Of a stretch of 64,000 nucleotides of DNA, positions 48,034-59,900 are shown piece by piece. A program made the translations under genes and the position numbers. The notes under the pieces are model-generated. The model saw only the letters and a program-made list of their open reading frames with translations, did no database searches and was not told the DNA's origin. The number at the start of each line of letters is the position of its first letter. Within the stretch, counting starts at the first letter, position 1. This DNA comes from Octopus bimaculoides. Lineage: Eukaryota. The DNA is taken from contig NC_068995.1 in assembly GCF_001194135.2 (NCBI RefSeq), positions 31,020,781 through 31,084,780 of the forward strand. Reading direction: 5' to 3'.

Positions 48034-48877
48034 TTTATGTATCTAAATGTTTCAATGATTTGTGTTGGCAGACAATGTAAATATTGGTGAAAATACGAAG
48101 ACTGGTGCTTTGCAAATGAAGTCCCTTGGGATATTTGTTTTAGCATGAAAGTGAAGGCATTTGTTTGCTACTGTTCATATCAGAAATGCAGTGAATCAGG
48201 GAATGAGCCATTCATACAACATTATTATTCACCAAGTATGATTGAAAATGTTAGAATAAACAATAGATGAACTCTTTTAGTATTCAGATTACTCTGTCAA
48301 ATGTACTGCTTATTTATTTACATTGCTTGCAATTAATCATGCATTATCTTTTAGCTTCAAGATTTTGATTATGTGATTGTTTAGTTTTAGAATGACACTG
48401 TAGGGTAGGTGCAAAAGGCAGGATCTGGGCAGTTTGAACCCAAAATAGAATATTTTGGTTGGATATGGCTGATTTAAAGAGTTAAACAGTATTGTGTATG
48501 AGAAAGACGTGCCTCATATCCACCAAAGATGGTGAATTTCTGTTCTTGTTCTTGTTAACATGATAGAATCTGGTCAGAATTTGTTTTCAAATCTACGTTA
48601 GACTTAGAAATAAAGATTAAATCACTTTGAAGTTGTTTAACTCTATGGCATTTAAATCGGTTATATCTGGCCCAAATATTCTACCTGTTTTATGTTCAAA
48701 CTGACCAGATCCAGCCTTACCCACCTCTCCTAAAATGTCATTCTAAAAGAAAACAATCACATCATTAAAGTCTTGAAGCTACGAGATAATGCAGGATTAA
48801 TTCAAAACAAAATGCATAAATAAGCATTCAACAGTAATCTGAATGCTAAAGGATTAATGAAAAGAAATAGTCTAAAG

Positions 48878-49161
48878 TAGTGGTTCTCATCCAGGGTCCA
48901 CACAAGCTAAATAGTAAATTGGGGATCCTAAGTTGTATTTTATGGTTTCATGAAAAAAGTTTGCTTAAGCAGCTAGGTTTCTTTCTCTGGCGTTTTACAG
49001 AGTTCAACCTACACAAGTATGTATTGATAGACTAAATAGGAATTTTGTAGGGGGTGTCTATAAAACTAGCTTTTAAACATCAAATGGTTATGGGGGTGCA
49101 CCAGAATAAAATAGTTTAAAAGGAGGGGGTCTTGTAGGTAAAAAGTGGTTGAGAACCACTG
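48878..49161. mobile_element. hAT-type MITE
   Basis: tagtggttctcatcc ... ggttgagaaccactg. Confidence 0.65.
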
Positions 49162-50427
49162 TAGTGTTCATATATTTATGGTGGGAACAAAGTAGCACAT
49201 ACTTGGACAATCATCTACATACACTTTTGAGGTGTGAGAAAGACAGGATGGGTTTTTTTGGGGGGCGGGGGTTTAATTGTAGATCTGTTGTTTTCCTTTT
49301 GAAGGTACTCTTTTTTTTTTATCCATGGTTTAGTTGCTTTTTTTTGTTAAAGGGCTGTTCAGCTCTACATCAGTTTTGGCATGGTTGTTATGCCAACCAC
49401 TTTACAGAATGTACTGGGTACTTTTTACGTGGCACCAGCACCTTATGAGTTTGCAAGATTAGGGATGCACAACTGGAGAGGGTTGCAGGGGATGAGCCTG
49501 TATGCAAGGGCAACCATGCTTTTACTTAGCTTGATGTGTCTGGCAACCAAGCTTAGCTTGATTTCTTTTAAATAATTTCCACTCAACGGATGTAGGTAAA
49601 ACATGAGCAGAGAAAACGTTCTAGATAATTGATGATGTGGGGAGGAAATGTACAAGTCAGATAGGGGTAGGATCTGGAGAAGACATGGGACCAAGCTGCA
49701 CCAAAGAGCAGATACCACTGAAGTCGCGTGACTGACCAGACTATCAGATGTTTAACATTGCTGATCGCAGAATGTAAAGAGTTGGAGTAAATATCAGACA
49801 CTTTACTAATCCATCGCCTGAATAATCTTCTCTACTATAGGCACAAAGCCGGAAATTTTGGTGAAGGGGGCTAGTCAATTTAAATCTGACCCTAAAAAGA
49901 TGAAAAGCAAAGTCAACCTTTGAACCCAGAACAAAGACAGATCAAATTTTGGTATATGAGGCCAGCAATTTTGGGGAAGGGGTTAAGTCGATTAAATCAA
50001 TCCCAGTGATCAAAAGGATGAACGGTAAAGACAACCTTGATGGAAATCTGAACTCAGAATGTAAGGGCAGATGAAATATCATTAAGCATTTTGCCTGACA
50101 TGCTAACGATTCTGCCAGCTCGCTGCCTTAATAATCCTTTCTGCTATTGGCACAAAGCCTGAAATTTGGTAGGAGGGGATAAGTTGATTACATTGACTCC
50201 AAGGCTCATCTGGTAATTATTTTATTGACCCCTACAAAAGAATGAAAGGCAAAGATGAACTCAGAACATAAAGATGGATGAAATGCTGCCAAGCAGCATT
50301 TTGTCTGGCTTGCTAATGATTCTGTCAATTTCACCACCTTAATAAGAAAATAATGTTTTCAAGGTATTGCAAATGTTTCTGAGAAGATAAAAAAAAATTT
50401 TTTTTTTAAACTTCACATCATAAACTT

Positions 50428-50433
50428 TTTATT
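50428..50433 (-). terminator. Candidate SMYD polyadenylation signal (AATAAA on - strand)
   Basis: About 70 nt after the stop and followed by a U-rich tract on the minus strand. Confidence 0.4.
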
Positions 50434-50499
50434 TTCTTGTAATGATCTCATTAATTTCGACATTTTATAATTGATCTTCATTTGATTTATTCTCAAGTT

Positions 50500-50682
50500 T
50501 TATTTTACTTCACCTAATGACTCTTTAAGAGATTTGCGGTCAGGTGTGGAGGGAGTTGGTATTGCATTTTCCAAGGAAAGTTGTAAATTGGAATCAAATG
50601 TGTCACAGTATTGTTGAAGAATTTGTTGTTGTTTAAATATAAAATCATTCTTGTCATGATACATTCCTAGAATGGTGCTGGC
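50500..50682 (-). CDS. SMYD3: SMYD last exon (ASTILGMYHDKNDFIF...LKESLGEVK*)
   Basis: ttttgcag| ... TAA; aligns to human AFDIMRVTHG at the same exon boundary. Confidence 0.88.
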   Translation of the reverse strand, partial: ASTILGMYHDKNDFIFKQQQILQQYCDTFDSNLQLSLENAIPTPSTPDRKSLKESLGEVK

Positions 50683-53600
50683 CTGCAAAAAAGAGAGACA
50701 TTTAGTGAATCAGTGCAAGATATCTTTTGGCTTTGGAACAAAACTGCCCAAGCCTCTGTGCAATTGTTCTGGCTGCTAGAAATAGTAGCCAAATTTTATC
50801 CTGCTGGTAAAAGACAATTTATCAAGGACTACATTATCCACTATGTTCATTTATTTAGTGTTTTTTTTTTTAATGCTAGTATGATTTGTGGCAGGTTTTT
50901 ACAGTTAGATGTTCTTGTCGCCAACCTTTACCTCTTTTTCAAATAAGAAATATTTTTTGTTCCACACATTTAAAAGCACAGAGCAACTGGTCATAATCTG
51001 AACAAGGAATGTAAACATCATATCACCATTTCACTAAAAGCTGTAAAATGTCAACAATCATGTACATATGCACCTATGAATGAATACGTATACACACACA
51101 CACACATATATATACACATTCAATAGGCTTCCTCCAATCTCTGTTTACCAAATTCACGTCCAAAGCATTGGTCAGTCTGGTGTTATAGAAGACACTTGTT
51201 CATGGTGTTGTGGAGTGGGACTGAACCTGAAACCTCATAGCTATGCCAGGGAAATAAGACAAGAAGGTCATAGCTGGCATTTTTTTGATTTCCTGAATCA
51301 GGGTTGGCCTACAACTAAACAATGGCAATCATTGTTTGACCTGCTAAAAACAGCATCCAACTCTCCCTAAAAATCACATTCTGCCATCTTTAAGAAAAGG
51401 AGGATAATTGGATAATGTAGTCTTAGACTATTTGTTTAAAAAGATGGGATGATCACTTTTGAAATGATCAGGGTTAAACAACAGCAACTACCAAAACAAA
51501 ATCATAACAGTGTTTCCATGCTACCTACATGAGATCTGGAAATAAATGTACCGAAGGAAATAAATATTAGCCATTCTCCTGATTCTTTTCAGGAAGCATG
51601 GGAGACAACCATAGACATATTTTAGTCTTATGAGTACCTCCTCAGCTACACAAACTTTATTGTAGTTGCTGAAGTAGTAATGACAATAAGTAAATTTTAG
51701 ATTGGTTTTGTATAAACAATTTTAAAATGCTATCTGAATTAAAAAAAAAAATTTAAGTTATTGTTAACATTTCAAATACAGGAAATGCCATAAAGCTAAC
51801 TAGAAATAGTAAGTTACTGAGTTTTAAAAAATGATGGTGAAGGTTTGTGTCACCAAAGAAATAATAAATAGGAGAGTTGTTGGAGGTGAAAGAGAGAATA
51901 GAGAGAGGTGAGTTGAGGCAACTGTGTAAAGATGAATGAAGAAAAGGAGAAATGTGAGGGTAGCAGGGTTAATAAGAGGTGGCATGAGTAGTGTGTGAGG
52001 TGAAACTGTGAGGGAAGGATGGTCAAAGTTTGCAGCAAAATCCAAGTGATTTGAAATGGGATGGGATGAGAATGCAGAGCAAAAAAGCAATATACAAAAG
52101 GACACATACAAGGTGTGAGAAGGAGAAAAAGAATGAAGAGTAGAATTAATAGTGACTGATATTGAAAATTAGACATGGGATGTCATCAGTGAATTAATTT
52201 GTCTCCCTTTTAAATCCTCTTTTTCAAAGATAAACAAAAATAAAAGTTACCTTTCTAAATATTTCTCTTGCATTTTCAATTTCCATTGCATTCAGATACA
52301 ACTTCCCTAATTCGTACAGCAATAAACCAACTTTGAAGTCAGAATGTTCAAAATATTGCCTTTTTCACCCCCACCAAGGAAAACAGAAAATACAGAAAAA
52401 CCAAATTAAACATAAAATATAAGAAATCATGATGAGAAAAATAAAATATACATTTGGATATTCGATAATATATCAGGTCATCCCATAAGTTCTGTCCAAT
52501 TTTACCTTTTTTAAAATTGAATGAAATTTAATAGTATTTTAGAATGTATAATGGAATTTAAAATTATTTTTATGCATTTTTGTACATCTAAACTAATTAA
52601 ATACTATTTTACAGAATAATAGAATTAAAATTTCTTTGATTAAAACCCTTTCTAACATAGAAGTATCCAAAGAGCATTTGAGGCACATAATGCTTTATGA
52701 GTACAAAAAAGGAAACTCTGCANNNNNNNNNNNNNNNNNNNNNNNNNNNNNNNNNNNNNNNNNNNNNNNNNNNNNNNNNNNNNNNNNNNNNNNNNNNNNN
52801 NNNNNNNNNNNNNNNNNNNNNNNNNNNNNNNNNNNNNNNNNNNNNNNNNNNNNNNNNNNNNNNNNNNNNNNNNNNNNNNNNNNNNNNNNNNNNNNNNNNN
52901 NNNNNNNNNNNNNNNNNNNNNNNNNNNNNNNNNNNNNNNNNNNNNNNNNNNNNNNNNNNNNNNNNNNNNNNNNNNNNNNNNNNNNNNNNNNNNNNNNNNN
53001 NNNNNNATTACTTGAAGAAAATCCTGCATTATCAGTTGAAGAATTGGCAATAAAGCTTAGTTCAAACCATACAACTGTTCATTGTCATCTTCAACAACTT
53101 GGAAAGGTTCCTAAACTTGGAAAATGGGTGCCTCATGAATTGTCCAAAAGCAACTGCAAATCCTGAGTTGACATCTGCTCTTTTCTCCATTCTCGCGAAC
53201 TCATTTCACCCTTTTTGGATAGATTTGTGACTGGTGACCAGTGCTCTACTGGTGCTTATTTTATCAAACCCAAAATATGGTGGGGAGGAACAGTTAATGA
53301 TATTAACTCCAATATTTTACTGGTACATTATTTTATTTTTATCATTCCTGGAAGGATCAAATGCAATGTCAGATTTTCCTGTGATGTGATCAGCCTGGTG
53401 CACTTTTGATCAGGTGTTAGAAGATGTGGCACCCACTGAGAGGAAACCTTCATCTTGTCAAGTTCATTGTGCAGAATATTCTCAATTCTTTCACACGATA
53501 TGCTAATAGCATTGACTATTTGATTTATAGTCAATCGCCTGCTATCCATCAACATGTGAATTTGATCAATGTTTTCCTCAATGGAAGCAGTTGCAGGACA

Positions 53601-56600
53601 TCCAGACCTAGGATCATCTTCAAGACTCTCCTCTTAACTTCAGCTGCCCACTTTTGCAATTGTTGATAAAGCAGGAGTGTCATCCCCTAATGTAGCAACC
53701 ATGTCAGTATGAATGTCCTTGGGAGCTAAACCCTTTTCTGCAGGTACTTGATAAAATTTTGTCCATTTTCAAGAGAGGTCACTACTAGTTACTTTTGAAG
53801 TCTTCTTTGAACAGTCAGATGTGAGTTTACCTGGAAAGAAACAATGCAATTATTAATAAAAAGAGCTGAAATTAATTCATGCAAAATTTCACAGCTCTAG
53901 CATCACTCCTTCATAGCCTGGCTATGAACTTTTTAACCCACCCTCATAATGTGTTTTATCAACCCTGAAAGTATGAAAGGCAAGGTTGACCTCAACAGAA
54001 TTTGAACCCAGAACATAAGAGCCAGAAGAAATGCTACTAAGTATTTTGGTCACCATGCAAACAATTCTGCCAGCTCACATTAAAAATATTAGTTTCAGGA
54101 CCAGCAATTTTTTGGAGGGGCTGGAGGAGTGAATTACATTGATCCCCTAGTGCTCAACTGGTGCTTGTTTTATCAACCCCAAAAGAATGAAAGGTAAAGT
54201 TGACCTTGGCAGAATTTGAACTCAGAATGTAAAGATGGGTGAAATGCTGCTAAGAATTTTGCCCAACATGCTGACAATTCTGCCAGCTTGTTGCCTTACA
54301 CCACCGTTTATTGCTGCTGCTGCGGCGGCAGCGGCGGTGATGATGATGATGATGATGATGATAATAATTGTTTCTAATATAAACTTAATGCCTGCAATTT
54401 ATAGGAAGGGATAAATTGATTGTATCAACTGCAGTATTTGGCTGATACTTTATTTTAGTAACCATGAAAGGACGAAAGGCAAAGTTGACATTAGCAGAAT
54501 GTGAAAAGCTGGATGAAATGTTAAGTAATTTGTCCAACATTCTAACAATTCTGCCAGCTTGTAATAAAAATGCTTCTGATTTAGGTACAAGGCCAGCAAT
54601 ATTTGAGGGGATAGGGTAATCGATAACATTGACTCCAGTACTTTGCATGGAGGGTAGGGAGACAAAGTTGACCTTTCATCCTGCAAGGATCAGTAATAAG
54701 TCCTAACAAAGTATCTGTGAAGGGGAGGAAGAGTCTGGCAGATCTCAAGATGTTGAATCTACTGACAAGAAGGATCATAATTATTCTGCCCTACATGTAC
54801 TATTTCCTCTCTCTGCTGGTCTCCTGTCACTCAAGCACTCCCAACTCATTCATGTTTCCTCCTCTTATCATCCATATTGTACCCTGCCACACCTCCTATC
54901 CCAAACATTTTATAACCATATCCTCAGCCCTCCTTTCAAGGTATGCTACTTCTCTGGAATCTTTCCTTTCATCCATTCACTTTCGACTATTTAAGATCTC
55001 ACCAATCTGAAATGGTCTGCAAATACTATGCCCACAGCCTCTACATCAATGTAATAAAATATTTGCTTTAAAGATAAACTTATTTAACAACATGCTAACA
55101 TAGGAAATGAATATTAAGATGATGACAGTGATAATGTTCTTGTTTAGCCACTGGTCAGTTCTAATTCCATACACCTACCATTAAAAGCATTCCAAATGAA
55201 TTAATTTCAACTATTTTTTTTTACAGACATAACATATTTAGGACTACATCAGTGTTTCCAAACCTATTTTTCCCCAGACCCCACTATAACTTTCCAGAAA
55301 AATGTATGCCCCATTGGTAGTTGGAAAAAAACTTTATTTTTAACATTTTATCACAATTATTTAATAAAAAAATTCTACTGGTAACTCTTTTAAGTACCAA
55401 GTATCAACTTCTCATGATTATATACTTTCCTTTAAGAAATATCCACACTAGAGTATTAGAATAGCACTATACTGTAGCAAACAGTCTTCACACAATATGC
55501 TTCGCTGGAGAGATTGGTTTGGCTAGGCTGAGTGTAGGTGTGTACGTTTGATATGAAAAAAGATTTCCACAATTCCATGTCACACTAAGAAAAAAATTTT
55601 GGTTCTCAGAGCCCACCAGTGGGGTGTATGCCCCATGTTGGGAATCACTGGCTTATATTATCCAATGTGTTAAATTGAAACTTCGTAGTGGTTCCCTCAT
55701 ATACATTTTACATAAATATCTTGTGTGTACAGTCTGATGTATGACTGCTACGGCATGAATGAGAGCTCCACATAGGTTATCATTATCCAATCAGCTTCCA
55801 GTATAGTGGTTAGTCTACCACTGTACTTAGCTGTGTTACTAGTTATGATATACACAATATATGTAGTGGAAAATTAAGATAAATCCCAATATAAATTATT
55901 AGTTCCTCTGTACATTTCATCATTGCAGTTATTTGGAACTCAGCATTGGATACTAAATCTCCGTAAAAGAATGCAATAAAGTAGTTCCACAGATGATCCA
56001 TTGCAGTTGGGCATCCAAATGCATTTGGAACATTCAATGTTGAGTTCCGAATAGCTGCAATGGTAAAATGTATGTAGGAACTAAATATTTATACNNNNNN
56101 NNNNGGTATGTCCTGGCACTTGCCACCATCTATCTCTCTCTCTTCCTTTACTCAACCAACCCATTTATATTCTGATCCCCATCCGTTGTGAGTATGCCCA
56201 GCACATTGCCACCATCTCTATCTTGCTGTCTCCCACTCTCTTTCTCCCCTTCTCCTGCACTTCCCTCAGGTTGGGTAACCATGTATTTCCTTTGTGGCAA
56301 CGTACCTCTTTCTGTCTTCATCCCTGATCTCTCTCTCTCCAGTTGAGTAACCTTGTACCTCCTCTACAGCAAGACACTTGTTTCTGTCCCTCTGCCTCAT
56401 CATCCAACACAAGAGCACTTCCTCCAATGCTTTCCCCACTCTCAAAAGAGTTTTTTTTTTNNNNNNNNNNNNNNNNNNNNNNNNNNNNNNNNNNNNNNNN
56501 NNNNNNNNNNNNNNNNNNNNNNNNNNNNNNNNNNNNNNNNNNNNNNNNNNNNNNNNNNNNNNNNNNNNNNNNNNNNNNNNNNNNNNNNNNNNNNNNNNNN

Positions 56601-56875
56601 NNNNNNNNNNNNNNNNNNNNNNNNNNNNNNNNNNNNNNNNNNNNNNNNNNNNNNNNNNNNNNNNNNNNNNNNNNNNNNNNNNNNNNNNNNNNNNNNNNNN
56701 NNNNNNNNNNNNNNNNNNNNNNNNNNNNNNNNNNNNNNNNNNNNNNNNNNNNNNNNNNNNNNNNNNNNNNNNNNNNNNNNNNNNNNNNNNNNNNNNNNNN
56801 NNNNNNNNNNNNNNNCATGGAAGGTGGACATTAAACGATGATGATGATGATATTTGTCTTAATTTTCAACTTCAT

Positions 56876-56909
<34 letters not shown>

Positions 56910-59900
56910 GCAGTCCACTGGACAGATTTCCACATAATTTTCATTTACCTAGTTTCACTCATAAGGTTTTGGTTGACCCTTGGTTGTAGTAAGACACCCA
57001 AAATACCATGCATTGGGATCGACTCTGGGACCTCATGATTGCAAAAAAAAACTTTTAAACCACTTGGCCATGCCTGTATCCTATAATTTCTGGTGCCAAC
57101 TTTGTCACACTGATTCTTGCCTGAGAACTATGCCAAAGGTATATATACATATATATTGATGGTGATGACTCTTCTAGTTTCTCTAGTTTGGTTAGCAATA
57201 ATAAAAGAATTACTTACATTCTCTGCGGCCAAACTTTGTTACCATAATATGCTGCCTTTGACCAAAGTCTCAATTCAATACAAGCTTCTTTAGCAAGTTC
57301 CATTACTTCAACATAAATCAAGTTAGTTTCGTAAATTCTGGTCTCTTTGAGAATGTTAAGTGTACCCTCTGCTAGCTGCAACTGGTTTTCATAATCTAAC
57401 ATAGTGTACAGGAAAGGTCCATTGTCAGAAATGGTTATTAGAGAATCAATCATTTTAAAAACTATTCACATTTATCCAACAATTAAAATGTGCTACTTTT
57501 GGATTTGCTTGTCATACATGAAGAATTACTTTGGATATTAATTCTACTTGCATTTATAGATATCTGATTGTTGGATATAGTTAACCAAATTTGTTTAACA
57601 CTGAGTGCTTTCTAGATATCTGCTTAGATTTTTTAAACCTTTTTACTTATTACACACACACTCTCATACACACCAAGCAAATGAAATTTCATATAACAGA
57701 TGGCAAAGGGAAAGTAATTAATCAGAGTACTCTTTCTGATCCATGCAGGCATGGGAAAGTAGACATTATAAACGATGACAATGACATGTGGTGTTTTTCA
57801 TATAAAACACCAAAATGCCCAATAAATGAAATATCCCATAAATTGTAGTATATTTTATGTTTTATACCTTTTAGTATTTCTGTTCTATGGTTTTATACCA
57901 ATATCCAGGAATTTGGACTCAGAAGACTTTGGAAGTAGGTTTAGCACTTAGAAACAACATCAGTACACTTATGTAGTTATACATACCTTTACATTTATCA
58001 AGTTCACGAAGTTCTTGTACCTTTGCAATCCCAAAACTCCACAGTGTTTTGGTTTCTTCTAAAATTTCAGAGCTGACATCTCTTAAACCACAGACAGAAC
58101 ATGGTAACATGAAGAATTCATTTTCTGGAAAATATCAAAAGATGAACAGAAATATTGATCTAATCTTAATTTAACTCCTATTTTACAGCAACATGGCAGA
58201 GTCTTCTTTATTCTTTCTTCCTGTTGCCCCTGCAATGGATGCTGCTTCTCTGTTGTAATAACTCAAACCATGTGATTCAGCCTCACAACAATTTCTCCTC
58301 CTCTTCAGACCATCCTTGATATTTTACAATTCTAGATATTTCCAGTAAAGCATTCTTGTAAGGTAGAAATCAACAAAGCACTACCAGCTAAATAAAGCCT
58401 TGGATTCCAACCTATAGTGGTTAAATGGTAGCGACTGACACTGGGAACATTTTCTGTAATATAGTGGCACCTTATTCTGTGTCAGAACTTCCTCTCCTCT
58501 ACTAAGAGCCATAAAACAAGAGTTACATGCCAGCTACTCTTAAGATATTCCTTCAAGTCAATGAGAGAGCTATGTGGTCACCCAGCTTATTAGAAATAGT
58601 TGCCAAATATTCCTTAAATGAGACACTACTGTCTTTAAAAGGGTAGGATATATCAGAAAATGTAATCTCATCATCATTTAATGTCTGTTGTCCATGCCGG
58701 TAAGGGTTGGATAGTTTGATCAGAGTTGAAGGCTGCACCAGACTCTAGTCTGATTTGGCATGGTTTCTACGTCTGGATACACTTCCTAATGCCAACCACT
58801 CCAAGAGAGTAATGAGTGCTTTTATGTCCCACTGGCACGGGTGCCATTTGCATGACACCAGTATCTGCCATGACTGCAGTTTTACTTGACTTGATGGGTC
58901 TTCTTCTCAAGGATGACATAATACTGAAGGTTTTGGTCATTCACCATTGACTCTGTGAGGCTCAACACTTGAAAGGTGCTTTTTACATTCCACATGCATG
59001 GGCGCAAGTTATGGGACACCAGCATTGGCCATGACAATGATTTCACTTGGCTTGACAGATTTTCTCAAGCACAGCATATTGCCAAAGATCTCAGTCACTA
59101 GTCATTGCCTCTGTGTGGCCCAATGTTCGAAGATCATGCTTCATCACCTTATTCTATGTCTTCCTGGGTCAACCTTTAACATAGGCTCCCTCCACAGTTA
59201 GAGAAATTGGCACTTCTTTGCACAGCTGTCCTCATCCATACACATCACATGACCATACCAGCACATTTGTCTCTCTTGCACAGCACATCTAATGCCCCTT
59301 ATGCCCAAATTTTCTCTCAAGATGCTTACACTCTGTTGAACATGCACACTGATATTGCATATCCAGCGAAGCATACTGGCTTCATTTCTTTCAAGCCTAT
59401 GTATGTCCTCGGCTGTCACAGTCCATGTTTCACTGCCATTTAGCATATCTGCTCACACACAGGATCATACAATCTGCCTTTCACTTTGAAAGAGAGGCCC
59501 TTTGTTGCCAGCAGAGGTAGAAGCTCTCTGAACTTTGCCCAGCCTATTCTTATTCTTACAGCTACACTCTTGGAGCATCCACCTCTGCTTTTAACTTGGT
59601 CACCTAGATAACAGAAGCTATCTACTACCTCTAGCTTACCCTACTAGCAGTTGATGGAGTCTATTTTCTGTACGTTTTTGGTGTTTATTGTACCTGTGCA
59701 TCTTTCACACACAAAAGCTATTTTTTCTGTTAACCTTCCTCTGATATTGCTGCACCTCTTATGTGTCCATAGCTTACACGGGGTACATCTTATGGAGTTT
59801 CTTCTTATGTGTCCTTAGCTCACATCTGAATAAAAAATACAATAGGCGCAGGAGTGGCTGTGTGGTAAGTAGCTTGCTTACCAACCACATGGTTCTGGGT

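Noticed and set aside
50499-50504. AATAAA overlapping the SMYD stop codon as the poly(A) signal
   Set aside because: It would leave almost no 3'UTR. The hexamer at 50428-50433, with a downstream U-rich tract, fits better.
56318-56989. Long ORFs in the supplied track spanning N runs (also 52652-53053)
   Set aside because: They stay open only because N codons are not stops.
58180-58390. Additional SMYD exon just upstream of 58124
   Set aside because: No frame-compatible donor/acceptor pair. Exon 60362-60434 joins 58124 in phase without it.
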